Positions 34,455-43,044 of a stretch of DNA of 43,559 bases are shown here, piece after piece. Under the pieces are notes generated by a model, which saw only the letters and a program-made list of their open reading frames with translations, was not told the DNA's origin and did not search any database. This DNA comes from Candidatus Thorarchaeota archaeon. Its GTDB lineage: Archaea; Asgardarchaeota; Thorarchaeia; Thorarchaeales; Thorarchaeaceae. A program made the translations under genes and the position numbers. The stretch is taken from the NCBI GenBank assembly GCA_016840795.1, contig JAEORS010000001.1:1-43559 (forward strand), in the 5' to 3' direction. Position 1 is the first letter of the stretch. Every line of letters starts with the position of its first letter.

Positions 34455-34829
34455 TCATAGAATGCTAGCAATGCGCCTTGCGACTCTTGCCATCATAAAG
34501 AACATGTAGCCGATGTTCGCGCCCTTAGTTGTAAGAACTGCCAGAATAGATTCTTCTCCCGCGTCACAAATGATGACATAGCCGGACTCGCCTTCAATCA
34601 GCATTCTGGCAAAGGGTCCGCGCTTGAGTTGTTGGAAGACCTTTCGAGTTTCTGATTCTATCTGCGTGGCTCGACCAGCTATCACATCCTCCTCTGGTAC
34701 AACGGAAGGATCATGGTCTGGCGGAAAATGAGTGCAAATAGGGAGTCCTTGGGACCTCGAAATGATTACGCTCGCTTGAACATTGCCTTGGGAGGCTCTA
34801 CTCAGGTCTTCGAGGAGTTCAGTGAGCAT
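34455..34829 (-). CDS. Roadblock/LC7 (MglB-like) domain protein
   Basis: 124 aa from the internal ATG. It shows the pattern ..GNVQASVIISRSQGLPI.. ... ARMLIEGESGYVIICDAGEESILAVLT. Confidence 0.55.
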   Translation of the reverse strand: MLTELLEDLSRASQGNVQASVIISRSQGLPICTHFPPDHDPSVVPEEDVIAGRATQIESETRKVFQQLKRGPFARMLIEGESGYVIICDAGEESILAVLTTKGANIGYMFFMMARVARRIASIL

Positions 34830-34924
34830 TTCCGTCTTCGAGGACACTGTGAGTATTCCTCCGTTTCGAGGCCTTTCGGTGAAAAAGCATTCCCAAGTAT
34901 TTAAGGTTGCTTTCGACAGGTCCA

Positions 34925-35698
34925 CTAGACCCGCTTCGAACCCGCATCCTTCAGTGCCTTTACTATCTTCTTGAGACCAGCGCCTTTGTCTTTGTGGACA
35001 TTCTTCTCCAAGTATGTACCCTGGACCACAATGGATGCCCCTGCTTCAACACCGCGCACAACAGATTCAGCGTCATTGAAGCCGCCGCCGGCTATGATAG
35101 GCAAGTCGGAATATTGTGCAACTGTGGATATTGTTTCTGGAGGTACACCTCCGCCTTCGGCGCCGCTCCCAGCCTCAAGGTACACGAGCTTGTATCCGAG
35201 CAACTCAGCAGCCAGTGCGTACATCAACACCAGCTTGGGCTTCTCGCGCGGAAAGCATTTCGCCTCGCCAACCCAAGCTGCTGACTTGCCAGGCTCTATC
35301 AGTAGGTAGGCCATCGGGATTGTTTCTATTCCGGAGAACTTCACTCTCACAGCGGCGAGTGCCTGAGCCCCAATTATGTAATAGGGATTTGAGCTGTTGA
35401 GAAGACTCATGAAGAACATAGCATCAGCGTGTTCTGTGACTCCGGTGATATCGCCTGGAAAGAGTATCGTGGGAATGTCCACAGCCTCCCTTATCGCCTT
35501 CGCGGCATTATCGATGCTTCCGAAGACGGTACTGCCTCCAATCATGATGGCGTCAGTGCCGGCCTTCTCTGCTAATTCGGCAATGCCCACAATGTATTCA
35601 TTGCTCGCGCTCAGAGGGTCTGGGTCTAGCAGAGAGAAGTGACAAGCCCCTTCGCTCTCAAGCTTCTCAGTTATGTATTTCCACACTCTTCCAGTCAT
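34925..35698 (-). CDS. Geranylgeranylglyceryl phosphate synthase (GGGPS/PcrB family)
   Basis: HFSLLDPD, IMIGGST, LFPGD, YLEAGSGA and IIAGGGF motifs of the TIM-barrel GGGPS family. Confidence 0.85.
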   Translation of the reverse strand: MTGRVWKYITEKLESEGACHFSLLDPDPLSASNEYIVGIAELAEKAGTDAIMIGGSTVFGSIDNAAKAIREAVDIPTILFPGDITGVTEHADAMFFMSLLNSSNPYYIIGAQALAAVRVKFSGIETIPMAYLLIEPGKSAAWVGEAKCFPREKPKLVLMYALAAELLGYKLVYLEAGSGAEGGGVPPETISTVAQYSDLPIIAGGGFNDAESVVRGVEAGASIVVQGTYLEKNVHKDKGAGLKKIVKALKDAGSKRV

Positions 35699-35895
35699 TG
35701 CAGACAGTCTCCACCGGGTGAAACCTCGGCTTGGTGCGATGCTTTTTACGGTTTTGGTAACTGAACAATACTGAATCCTGCATCCAAATTCGCAGCTGGC
35801 GTTCCTTAAGGCTTATTACCCATTCTGCCCGAACTCAACGAAATCCTCATGGGACCGGGTGAGGATGATAACCCATGTTTGGGGAATGAAACTGG

Positions 35896-38415
35896 ATGAC
35901 CACAAGTGAACATGCAGATGGCGACAGCGTGGAAGTCGCTGAGCCTGAAGTCGTATCAGGAACTGATGAAGTTCGAATCGGGGTCTTCCCGTGCATGTGC
36001 GGGAAGAATATCGGTGCAGTTGTTGATATTGAAGCCATCGCCGAGTTTTCAAAGTCCCTTCCCGGTGTAGTCTTCGTCCAGACGAACAGATACACTTGTG
36101 CAGACCCCGGGCAGAAAGAGATCCAGGAGGCGATCAAGGAACACAATTTGAACAGAGTTGTCGTAGCATCTTGTTCACCAACAATGCACGAAGACACGTT
36201 TAGGAAGACTGTCAAGGCCGCCGGTCTGAATCCCTACCTCTGCGTCATGGCAAACATCAGGGAGCACGTATCTTGGGTTCACGCACATGAGCCGGAGTTG
36301 GCCACTGTGAAGGCAAAGGAACTGGTATCAATGTCTGTGGCGAAGGCAATGACTCTAGAGGCTCAGCCTGAATTGGATGTGCCCGTTACTCAGGCAGCAA
36401 TGGTGGTCGGGGCGGGCGTAGCCGGAATGCAGGCCTCTCTTGATTTGGCCGAGGCAGGATTCAAGGTCCATCTGATTGAACGCCAGCCAACAATCGGTGG
36501 AATCATGGCCATCCTCGACAAAGTATTCCCACAGAATGACTGCTCGATCTGCATCCTCGGCCCGAAAATGGTCGATGTCGCAAAGCATCCCAATATCAAT
36601 CTGATAACAATGGCTGAGGTTGATGAGATATCGGGCTATGTGGGCAATTTCAATGTCCGAGTTAAACAGAGAGCTCGCTATGTTGACATTGAGAAGTGTA
36701 CCGTATGTGGAGACTGCGTTGAAGTGTGTCCTGTGGATGTTCCAAGTCGCACAGATCAGAATCTCACATGGAAGAAGGCTATCAGTATTCCCTTCCCTCA
36801 GGCGGTCCCCTCTTCTTACTACATTGATACCGACGCGTGTTTGGGAATGGACCTCATTAGGTGCGGCAAGTGTATTGACAAATGCGAACAAGAAGCAATC
36901 GTTCCGTCAGACAGGGACAAGATAATCGAATTTAAGGTCGGGGTCATCATCCTTGCGACTGGATTCTCACCAGCAGATCCGAACAAGATTCCACGTCTCG
37001 GTTGGGGCAGATATCCAAACGTTATAACCACGCTTGAGTTTGAGAGGCTCATAAACGCCGCTGGGCCTACTGAGGGTCACCTTGTAAAACCTTCTGACCT
37101 CACCAAGCCGGGATCAATTGCCATTGCTCAGTGTGTAGGATCTAGGAACTTGAGCACTAGAACAGGTTGCTCCAACTATTGCTGTGCAGAGTCAGTGAAG
37201 TGTGCACTCCTGATAAAGGAACATTACCCGGACACTGAGGTCACCATCTACTATCAAGATCTTCGAATGCACGGGAAGTACTTTGAGGACCAATATCTCA
37301 AAGCGCGAGAAGAGGGCATCAAGTTTGTGAGGGGCCGAGTCGGAGAGATACAGCAGTATCCGGACACAAAGAACCTCCGGGTGAGTGTAGAAGATACGAC
37401 TCACAATCAGCTTGTAATGAAAGACTACGATATGGTTATCCTCTCGATGGGCGCAGAAGGCACAGCAGGCGACTTTCCCTTGCCCATCTCATGTACCTCG
37501 GACTCTTTCTACATTGAATCGCATCCGAAGCTGCGACCTGTAGACACAAGCTCGGCGGGCGTGTTCATCTGTGGTGGCGCAGAGTCACCAAAGGACATCC
37601 GCGATTCCGTCATCCAAGCTAGCGCAGCAGCAGGTCGAGCTGCAATCATTCTTCAGAAAGGGCGGTACCCAATCGAGGCACTGAGCGCCAGGATAATGCA
37701 GGAGAAGTGCAACCGCTGCGGCACCTGTGTGAATAGGTGCCCATATGGGGCAATAGTTGTAGATGGGACTGGCAAGCACACGGTGATGGGGGCGCTTTGT
37801 CAGGCCTGCGGGTCCTGTGCTGGAGACTGTCCTCAGGGTGCAATCTACATGCCGAATTTCACAGATCAACAGATAGAGGCCCAGATAGAGATGGCATTGA
37901 AGGAAGATGCCGCCGGGAAGATCGTGGCCTTCGCCTGTGCATTCTGTTCTTACAGAGGCTCAGACCTAGCAGGCGTGTCCAGAATGCAGTATCCAACTAA
38001 CGCGAGAGTCATCCGAGCAATGTGTTCTGGCCGCTTCCATGTCAAGTTCGCGCAGAAAGCGTTTGAACTGGGTGCGGGTGCCGTGCTCTACTCTGGTTGC
38101 CACTTGCCGGCTGACTGCCATTTCCAGAGCGGCAATCATTGGATGGCAAAACGTGAACCACGTATTCGACGTTGGATGAAGAGGAATAACATAGACGATG
38201 ATAGGTTCAGAGTAGAGTGGGTATCAGCTGGCGAGGGCAAGAAATGGCAAGGGATCATGACCCAGATGTCAGAGGTCGCTGAGAAGAATAGAGAGGCCTC
38301 ATTAGCTGCTGCGAAACCAAAGAAGAAGCCAGTATCGAAGAAGTCGACCAAAGCCAAGGCGGCAACGAAGAAAAAGCCGAAGAAGCCGACCGAGAAGAAA
38401 CAGTCGAGGAAATAG
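35896..38415 (+). CDS. hdrA: Heterodisulfide reductase subunit A fused to an MvhD domain, with a Lys-rich C-terminal tail
   Basis: N-terminal Cys domain (FPCMCGKNIG), FAD motif (VVGAGVAGMQASLDLAEAG) and four CxxCxxCxxxCP ferredoxin motifs. The MvhD region is IVAFACAFCSYRGSDLAG...RAMCSGR...GC....CHF. The last 36 aa are K/P/A-rich. Confidence 0.9.
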   Translation: MTTSEHADGDSVEVAEPEVVSGTDEVRIGVFPCMCGKNIGAVVDIEAIAEFSKSLPGVVFVQTNRYTCADPGQKEIQEAIKEHNLNRVVVASCSPTMHEDTFRKTVKAAGLNPYLCVMANIREHVSWVHAHEPELATVKAKELVSMSVAKAMTLEAQPELDVPVTQAAMVVGAGVAGMQASLDLAEAGFKVHLIERQPTIGGIMAILDKVFPQNDCSICILGPKMVDVAKHPNINLITMAEVDEISGYVGNFNVRVKQRARYVDIEKCTVCGDCVEVCPVDVPSRTDQNLTWKKAISIPFPQAVPSSYYIDTDACLGMDLIRCGKCIDKCEQEAIVPSDRDKIIEFKVGVIILATGFSPADPNKIPRLGWGRYPNVITTLEFERLINAAGPTEGHLVKPSDLTKPGSIAIAQCVGSRNLSTRTGCSNYCCAESVKCALLIKEHYPDTEVTIYYQDLRMHGKYFEDQYLKAREEGIKFVRGRVGEIQQYPDTKNLRVSVEDTTHNQLVMKDYDMVILSMGAEGTAGDFPLPISCTSDSFYIESHPKLRPVDTSSAGVFICGGAESPKDIRDSVIQASAAAGRAAIILQKGRYPIEALSARIMQEKCNRCGTCVNRCPYGAIVVDGTGKHTVMGALCQACGSCAGDCPQGAIYMPNFTDQQIEAQIEMALKEDAAGKIVAFACAFCSYRGSDLAGVSRMQYPTNARVIRAMCSGRFHVKFAQKAFELGAGAVLYSGCHLPADCHFQSGNHWMAKREPRIRRWMKRNNIDDDRFRVEWVSAGEGKKWQGIMTQMSEVAEKNREASLAAAKPKKKPVSKKSTKAKAATKKKPKKPTEKKQSRK

Positions 38416-38919
38416 GTGACAACAGTGACAGATAATGCAAAGAAGAAACAGATCGACGAACTCCGGGAGGCGGCCAGACCATGTTTTCAGTGCGGCATCT
38501 GTGCCTCTTCTTGCCCAGTTTTTCGAGTCGCGCCAGACGTGAATCCGCGGCTGGCTGTTGACTCCATAGTTTCCACGGGTCAAGTTGCTGAACAAGGGAA
38601 CGAGTGGTTGTGTGCCTATTGTCTGATGTGTGATCAAAGATGTCCAATGGGCATCTCTCTGGCGGACATTCTTATCAAGCTCAAAAACATCTCTTCGGCC
38701 GAGGGAAAGGCACCATCTAGTGTAGTTCAAGCCGTTGAATCTCTTTTCACGACAGGGATTATAGCCCTAGGTTCCACAGGGGTGGACAGAAAAAGGAGTC
38801 AGCTTGGATTGCCTGAGCTACCCAAACCAAATCCGGAGCATATCGAGAAACTGTTCAGGGCGACAGGAGCAATGGAGATTCTTGAGAAGAACCTCGCCAA
38901 GGAGGGCTCCGCACAGTGA
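38416..38919 (+). CDS. hdrC: Heterodisulfide reductase subunit C-like 4Fe-4S protein
   Basis: CFQCGICASSCPV and CAYCLMCDQRCPMGI. The GTG start is immediately after the hdrA TAG, and a second in-frame GTG lies at 38425. Confidence 0.8.
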   Translation: MTTVTDNAKKKQIDELREAARPCFQCGICASSCPVFRVAPDVNPRLAVDSIVSTGQVAEQGNEWLCAYCLMCDQRCPMGISLADILIKLKNISSAEGKAPSSVVQAVESLFTTGIIALGSTGVDRKRSQLGLPELPKPNPEHIEKLFRATGAMEILEKNLAKEGSAQ

Positions 38920-39815
38920 AATTCGCCTTCTTTCCAGGTTGTACGATGGCGTATCGTCTACCCTTTGCTGAGAAGTCAGTGAGAATGGTAGCGCCTCATC
39001 TTGATATTGAGCTCGTCGATTTGCCATTCACATGTTGTCCCGAGCCCAACGGAATCCGCTCGTTCTCTGATGAAACTTGGCTTGCGTTCGCTGCCAGAAA
39101 CATCGCATTGGCAGAGGAGGAAGAGCTAGATATCCTGACCACCTGCGCAGGCTGTCATGAATCCCTGACGATGGCAAAACATGAGATTGACACAGAGTCT
39201 TCCAAGAGAGAGATCGTCAACCAGAAACTCTCTGACATAGGGATGGAGTACAAGGGCACTTCGAGAATAATCCATCTGCATCAGCTGCTTCACGATACGA
39301 TGGGGGTAGAGGAGATTGAGAAGAAGGTTGTAAGGCAAGTCCCTATGCGCGTGGTTACACATACAGGATGTCACTTGCTTAGGCCAGAGGAGATTCTCCA
39401 AGTTGACTGCGCCGAAGCTCCTGCCAAACTTGACCGTCTGGTGGAGGGGCTTGGCATGGAAGCTCTAGAATACATGGACAAAACGATGTGTTGTGGAGCA
39501 GGGTTACGTGGTTATGCCTCCGATACAGCTTTCGCAATCCTGAAGGAGAAGCTAACAAGCATGATGATGGTGAACCCCGATGCGGCGGTAGTGTTTTGTC
39601 CGACTTGCTTCATCTCATGTGAGGCCGGACAAAAGATTGTGAACAGAATGTTTGGTACCGACTTCAAGATACCAGTCTACTACTACACTGAGTTGTTGGC
39701 TGTAGCAATGGACCTATCTGATGTTGCAACCGTTCTGGCAGGACACAGGGTCAAACCAGACACGCCACTAATTGATAGCCCGGCCCAAGAAACAGGAACA
39801 CCTTCTACGTCTTAG
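38916..39815 (+). CDS. hdrB: Heterodisulfide reductase subunit B-like protein (two CCG domains)
   Basis: FFPGCTMAY, TCCPEPNG, HTGCHLLRP, MCCGAG and FCPTC. The GTG start overlaps the hdrC TGA. Confidence 0.85.
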   Translation: MKFAFFPGCTMAYRLPFAEKSVRMVAPHLDIELVDLPFTCCPEPNGIRSFSDETWLAFAARNIALAEEEELDILTTCAGCHESLTMAKHEIDTESSKREIVNQKLSDIGMEYKGTSRIIHLHQLLHDTMGVEEIEKKVVRQVPMRVVTHTGCHLLRPEEILQVDCAEAPAKLDRLVEGLGMEALEYMDKTMCCGAGLRGYASDTAFAILKEKLTSMMMVNPDAAVVFCPTCFISCEAGQKIVNRMFGTDFKIPVYYYTELLAVAMDLSDVATVLAGHRVKPDTPLIDSPAQETGTPSTS

Positions 39816-39892
39816 TGAAGGTCTAGTAGGTCTTCTAGGACGCGGATATGAAGGCACCTTGGTCTCGGTTCCGAGTTGACTAGACTGGGCAA

Positions 39893-40102
39893 TTACTCTC
39901 GTCTGTATCCTAGAATCTGTGTGTGACTACCTCTTCTGGCGAGCTCTCTCTCTATTCTCTGTATATGCACTGCAACTGTGACTTGTGCATTCTTGAGCGT
40001 GACTAGATCTAACCTAAGATCGTTGTCACTATCAGTTTTGATGCTGTGTGGAAGCATGACAGGGATAACCTGTCTTCGGCCAATTTCGGTTCTATTCCTC
40101 AT
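39893..40102 (-). CDS. Hypothetical 69-aa ORF in an otherwise non-coding 590-nt spacer
   Basis: Supported by the ORF only, with an ATG start and a weak SD. No motif recognised. Confidence 0.2.
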   Translation of the reverse strand: MRNRTEIGRRQVIPVMLPHSIKTDSDNDLRLDLVTLKNAQVTVAVHIQRIERELARRGSHTQILGYRRE

Positions 40103-40406
40103 TGCAATTGCCTTCTAGTAAGAGAACATGCTGGACGACACTATATTCGTGGTTTTTGCTAAGTACTATGTTGTTTCAACATGTAATTAACCGTCAATGA
40201 TTTCGCTCATTGAATTAAGGACTGTTACTCATGTCTAGGCCCCGGTTGCATTTCGGAAGTTTATGGCCGCTTCAGAGCTTCACATTGTTACTCCTCGAAT
40301 CGATTCGAAGGATTGTTTGTCATCGGAGGGTTCTTCAACACATCGCCATCCAACCGAGCGGACATCAAGACATGATTTGTGCTCGCAAGGGAGCGATTAG
40401 AGAGAG

Positions 40407-41036
40407 ATGAACTGCATGGACCTAACCGTGGCTATCTTGGCAGGTGGTGACTCCTCACGCTTCAAGTCCAAAAAGAGTATGGCCAGGTTCAGGGGAAGAC
40501 CACTAATCTCACACATGATTGAAATCGCGGGTCAACTGTCAGACAATGTATTGGTTGTCGTTTCCAACGAGGCAGATAGTAGTGCCCTAAGAGAATCTGT
40601 CGAAGAAGCGATGTTGGTTGTAGATCCTGATGATTCGGTGAGATGTGCATTGACTGGAGCAATCACAGCATTCGAACATACAGACACTCGCTACACGCTT
40701 TTGTTGCCTGTAGATACTCCACTGGCAAATGTGCATCTCCTCAGGACCCTCTGTGATTTGCGAGAGGGACACGGAGCAGTTGTCCCTTCGTGGCCCTCTG
40801 GTTACATCGAGCCTCTTCACTCGGTCTATTTGTCAGAGCACGCATACTCTCAAGGTTTGGTTGTATCCAAGGCCGGCAGACACAGAATGAGAGATCTCCT
40901 TGATGGTCTATCAAACGTAATGTACGTTTCGACGATTGTACTCAAGGAGATTGATCCCGAGCTCACCACGTTCACAAACATCAACACGGAACCGGATCTT
41001 AGAGAGCTAGAGAAGAGCACAACTAGGGGAAGCTAG
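40407..41036 (+). CDS. mobA: Molybdenum cofactor guanylyltransferase (MobA-like)
   Basis: AILAGGDSSRF...GRPLISH N-terminal nucleotide-binding signature and LLLPVDTP. 209 aa. Confidence 0.75.
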   Translation: MNCMDLTVAILAGGDSSRFKSKKSMARFRGRPLISHMIEIAGQLSDNVLVVVSNEADSSALRESVEEAMLVVDPDDSVRCALTGAITAFEHTDTRYTLLLPVDTPLANVHLLRTLCDLREGHGAVVPSWPSGYIEPLHSVYLSEHAYSQGLVVSKAGRHRMRDLLDGLSNVMYVSTIVLKEIDPELTTFTNINTEPDLRELEKSTTRGS

Positions 41037-42175
41037 ATGTCTGGGTACTCGTGTCGAATCCTGCAAGTACCCTCATGACCCACCATGCATGGACCATACG
41101 GATCCTCGGGGGTGCATCGTTTGCCGAACAGAGCACATTCATTGGGGTCTGTGATACCGAGAATCACTTCGTGGCATCTGCATCCTGGTAGGATGTCAAC
41201 GGATTCTTTTGGAGGGATCTCAAAGCAAAGTCGCGCATCATACTCCCCATACTCTTCACGAAGATAGTAGCCAGAATCACTGATGACTCCAAGGCCCCTC
41301 CACGATGCGTCACCTAGTTGAAACACCTTGTCCAGAACAGCTTGAGCAGCAACATTACCTTCTGGTCTGACCACTCTTGTGTATTCATTCTCTGAATCTG
41401 CGCGTCCATCATTGATCTGCTGTAATATCATCCGAACGGACTCCAAGACATCCAATGGTTCGAAACCCGCTACCACGCATGGAACACGATGCTTCTGCGC
41501 AAATGGTTGAAAGGCGTCTGAGCCGATTATGGCACTTACATGACCAGGGGTGATGAAGCCGTCAACACCGAAATCGTCGATATCAACCAGTATCTCCATT
41601 GCAGGCGGAATCACCTTGAGTGAGGTTAAGACTGAGAAGTTGCTAGGTGGGCCTCTAAGGACCTCAGCAGCGATTGTGGGAGCAGTTGTTTCAAATCCAA
41701 CTCCAATGAAAACGACCTTGCAGTCGGGATTCCTCCTTGCAATCTCGACAGCCTCGCTTACACCATACACTACTCGTATGTCGGCCCCGGCACTTCGCTC
41801 TTTCGCCAAAGAAGAGTCGGTTGATGGCACCCGGATCATGTCACCAAAGGTTGTCACGGTGCGTCCCTGTCGTGCGAGTTCTACAGCCACATCAACATCT
41901 TGGGCTGAGCAAACACAGACGGGACATCCCGGGCCAGCCACTAGACTGATGCCTTCCGGAAGCATGGACCGAAGTCCGTGCCGGCTTATGGTGTCCTCAT
42001 GAGTTCCGCAGACATGCACAATCCTAGTTCTTCTCTCGGCGTTCAAGCGTTCAATCTCTTTGCTGAGAGTCTTAGCATGCTTCGAGCTTCTGAACCCGGA
42101 CTGATTCATCATCTGGCTTTCAAAAGGTTCTAAGGCCGTGCCCACATAAAAGAAAGCTCTTCTGGACTCTCTCAT
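41033..42175 (-). CDS. hypD: [NiFe]-hydrogenase maturation factor HypD
   Basis: VCGTHED, GPGCPVCV, GFETTAP, PGHVSAIIG and the C-terminal Cys-rich CRCHEV...C...C segment. Confidence 0.9.
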   Translation of the reverse strand: MRESRRAFFYVGTALEPFESQMMNQSGFRSSKHAKTLSKEIERLNAERRTRIVHVCGTHEDTISRHGLRSMLPEGISLVAGPGCPVCVCSAQDVDVAVELARQGRTVTTFGDMIRVPSTDSSLAKERSAGADIRVVYGVSEAVEIARRNPDCKVVFIGVGFETTAPTIAAEVLRGPPSNFSVLTSLKVIPPAMEILVDIDDFGVDGFITPGHVSAIIGSDAFQPFAQKHRVPCVVAGFEPLDVLESVRMILQQINDGRADSENEYTRVVRPEGNVAAQAVLDKVFQLGDASWRGLGVISDSGYYLREEYGEYDARLCFEIPPKESVDILPGCRCHEVILGITDPNECALFGKRCTPEDPYGPCMVGHEGTCRIRHEYPDI

Positions 42176-42489
42176 TCCTTTGACTTTGCATCATCCAGGA
42201 TAACGATAGACTCCCCAAGGGTGACAGACAGCCGGCCAGCTAGTTCTTGCGGGGTGATATCTGGATTCCTAGTCAGTATGACTTCCCTGGTGTATCCTGT
42301 AAGACTAGCATAGCGAGGGTTCTCTCTCGCTGTTTCAACAAGAATGTCCCACAAAGGATGGGTCTTGAAATCAGTAAGGTTGATCTCAATGTGGCGCGTA
42401 GAATTGGTCTTAGTTCGGAGCGCTCGAGCCTTCTTTCCAGAAACTGACTCATTTTCAGAAGATGGTCGTGTGAGTCGTTCCTGCTTCAA
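42172..42489 (-). CDS. Hypothetical small protein with an HTH-like C-terminus, translationally coupled to hypD; it is not HypC
   Basis: 105 aa. Its stop overlaps the hypD ATG (ATGA). ITPQELAGRLSVTLGESIVIL looks like a helix-turn-helix, and the HypC MCL(A/G)IP start is absent. TTG start. Confidence 0.45.
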   Translation of the reverse strand: MKQERLTRPSSENESVSGKKARALRTKTNSTRHIEINLTDFKTHPLWDILVETARENPRYASLTGYTREVILTRNPDITPQELAGRLSVTLGESIVILDDAKSKE

Positions 42490-42738
42490 GTCTGCTTCCC
42501 TTACCTTGTCCCGGCGTGTGTCTTAGGTAGAGGACTACTGGCTCAATGTGTATATCGGTGATATAAGGCTTCGGGCGTTAATCATCGCTGAGTACGGTTT
42601 GGCGGGCTGGGAAGTGGTCTGCACATCAAAGAGGCGGGACCAACACACTCACACAGCAACATGCCGCGACGTAAGGTTTAACAGGAGTCTTCTAAACGGG
42701 AAGGCAAAGCAATCAGACCGATGGGTCAATTTCGGAGT

Positions 42739-43044
42739 ATGGAATTATTGCCTCAAGGCATCAGAAGAATCGTTCTTGACGTGCTGAAGCCTCACACCCC
42801 TAGGCTCACTGACCTTGCCCTCATGCTCTCAAGGGACGAGAACGTGAATGGGTTGAATATATCTCTGAAGGAAGTGGATCAGAACACAGAGAGCATCACC
42901 ATAACACTAGAGGGTGATGATCTGCAATACGAATCCATCAAGGAAATCCTTGAACAGGCAGGTGCTGTGATCCACTCAATCGATCAGGTAGTCGCCGGGA
43001 AGCGATTTGTGGAGGAGGTCACTCTCCAGCCAGAGAACACTTAG
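42739..43044 (+). CDS. DUF211-family protein (archaeal COG1888-like)
   Basis: GIRRIVLDVLKPHTP...VNGLNISLKEVDQNTESITITLEGDDL.YESIKEILEQAGAVIHSIDQVVAG matches the DUF211 pattern. Confidence 0.7.
   Translation: MELLPQGIRRIVLDVLKPHTPRLTDLALMLSRDENVNGLNISLKEVDQNTESITITLEGDDLQYESIKEILEQAGAVIHSIDQVVAGKRFVEEVTLQPENT

Noticed and set aside
38413-38415. The TAG between hdrA and hdrC could be a pyrrolysine codon.
   Set aside because: No pylS/T/B/C/D genes or methylamine methyltransferases are in the window, and the position is not within a conserved domain. I kept it only as a low-probability read-through idea in the findings.
39816-40406. A 590-nt mostly non-coding spacer between hdrB and mobA; I examined it as a possible ncRNA, CRISPR leader or mobile-element remnant.
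   Set aside because: I found no direct or inverted repeats of note, no C/D-box or tRNA-like motifs and no integrase or transposase fragments. It contains only a weak 69-aa ORF and A/T-rich promoter-like stretches, and I could not support any specific feature from sequence alone.
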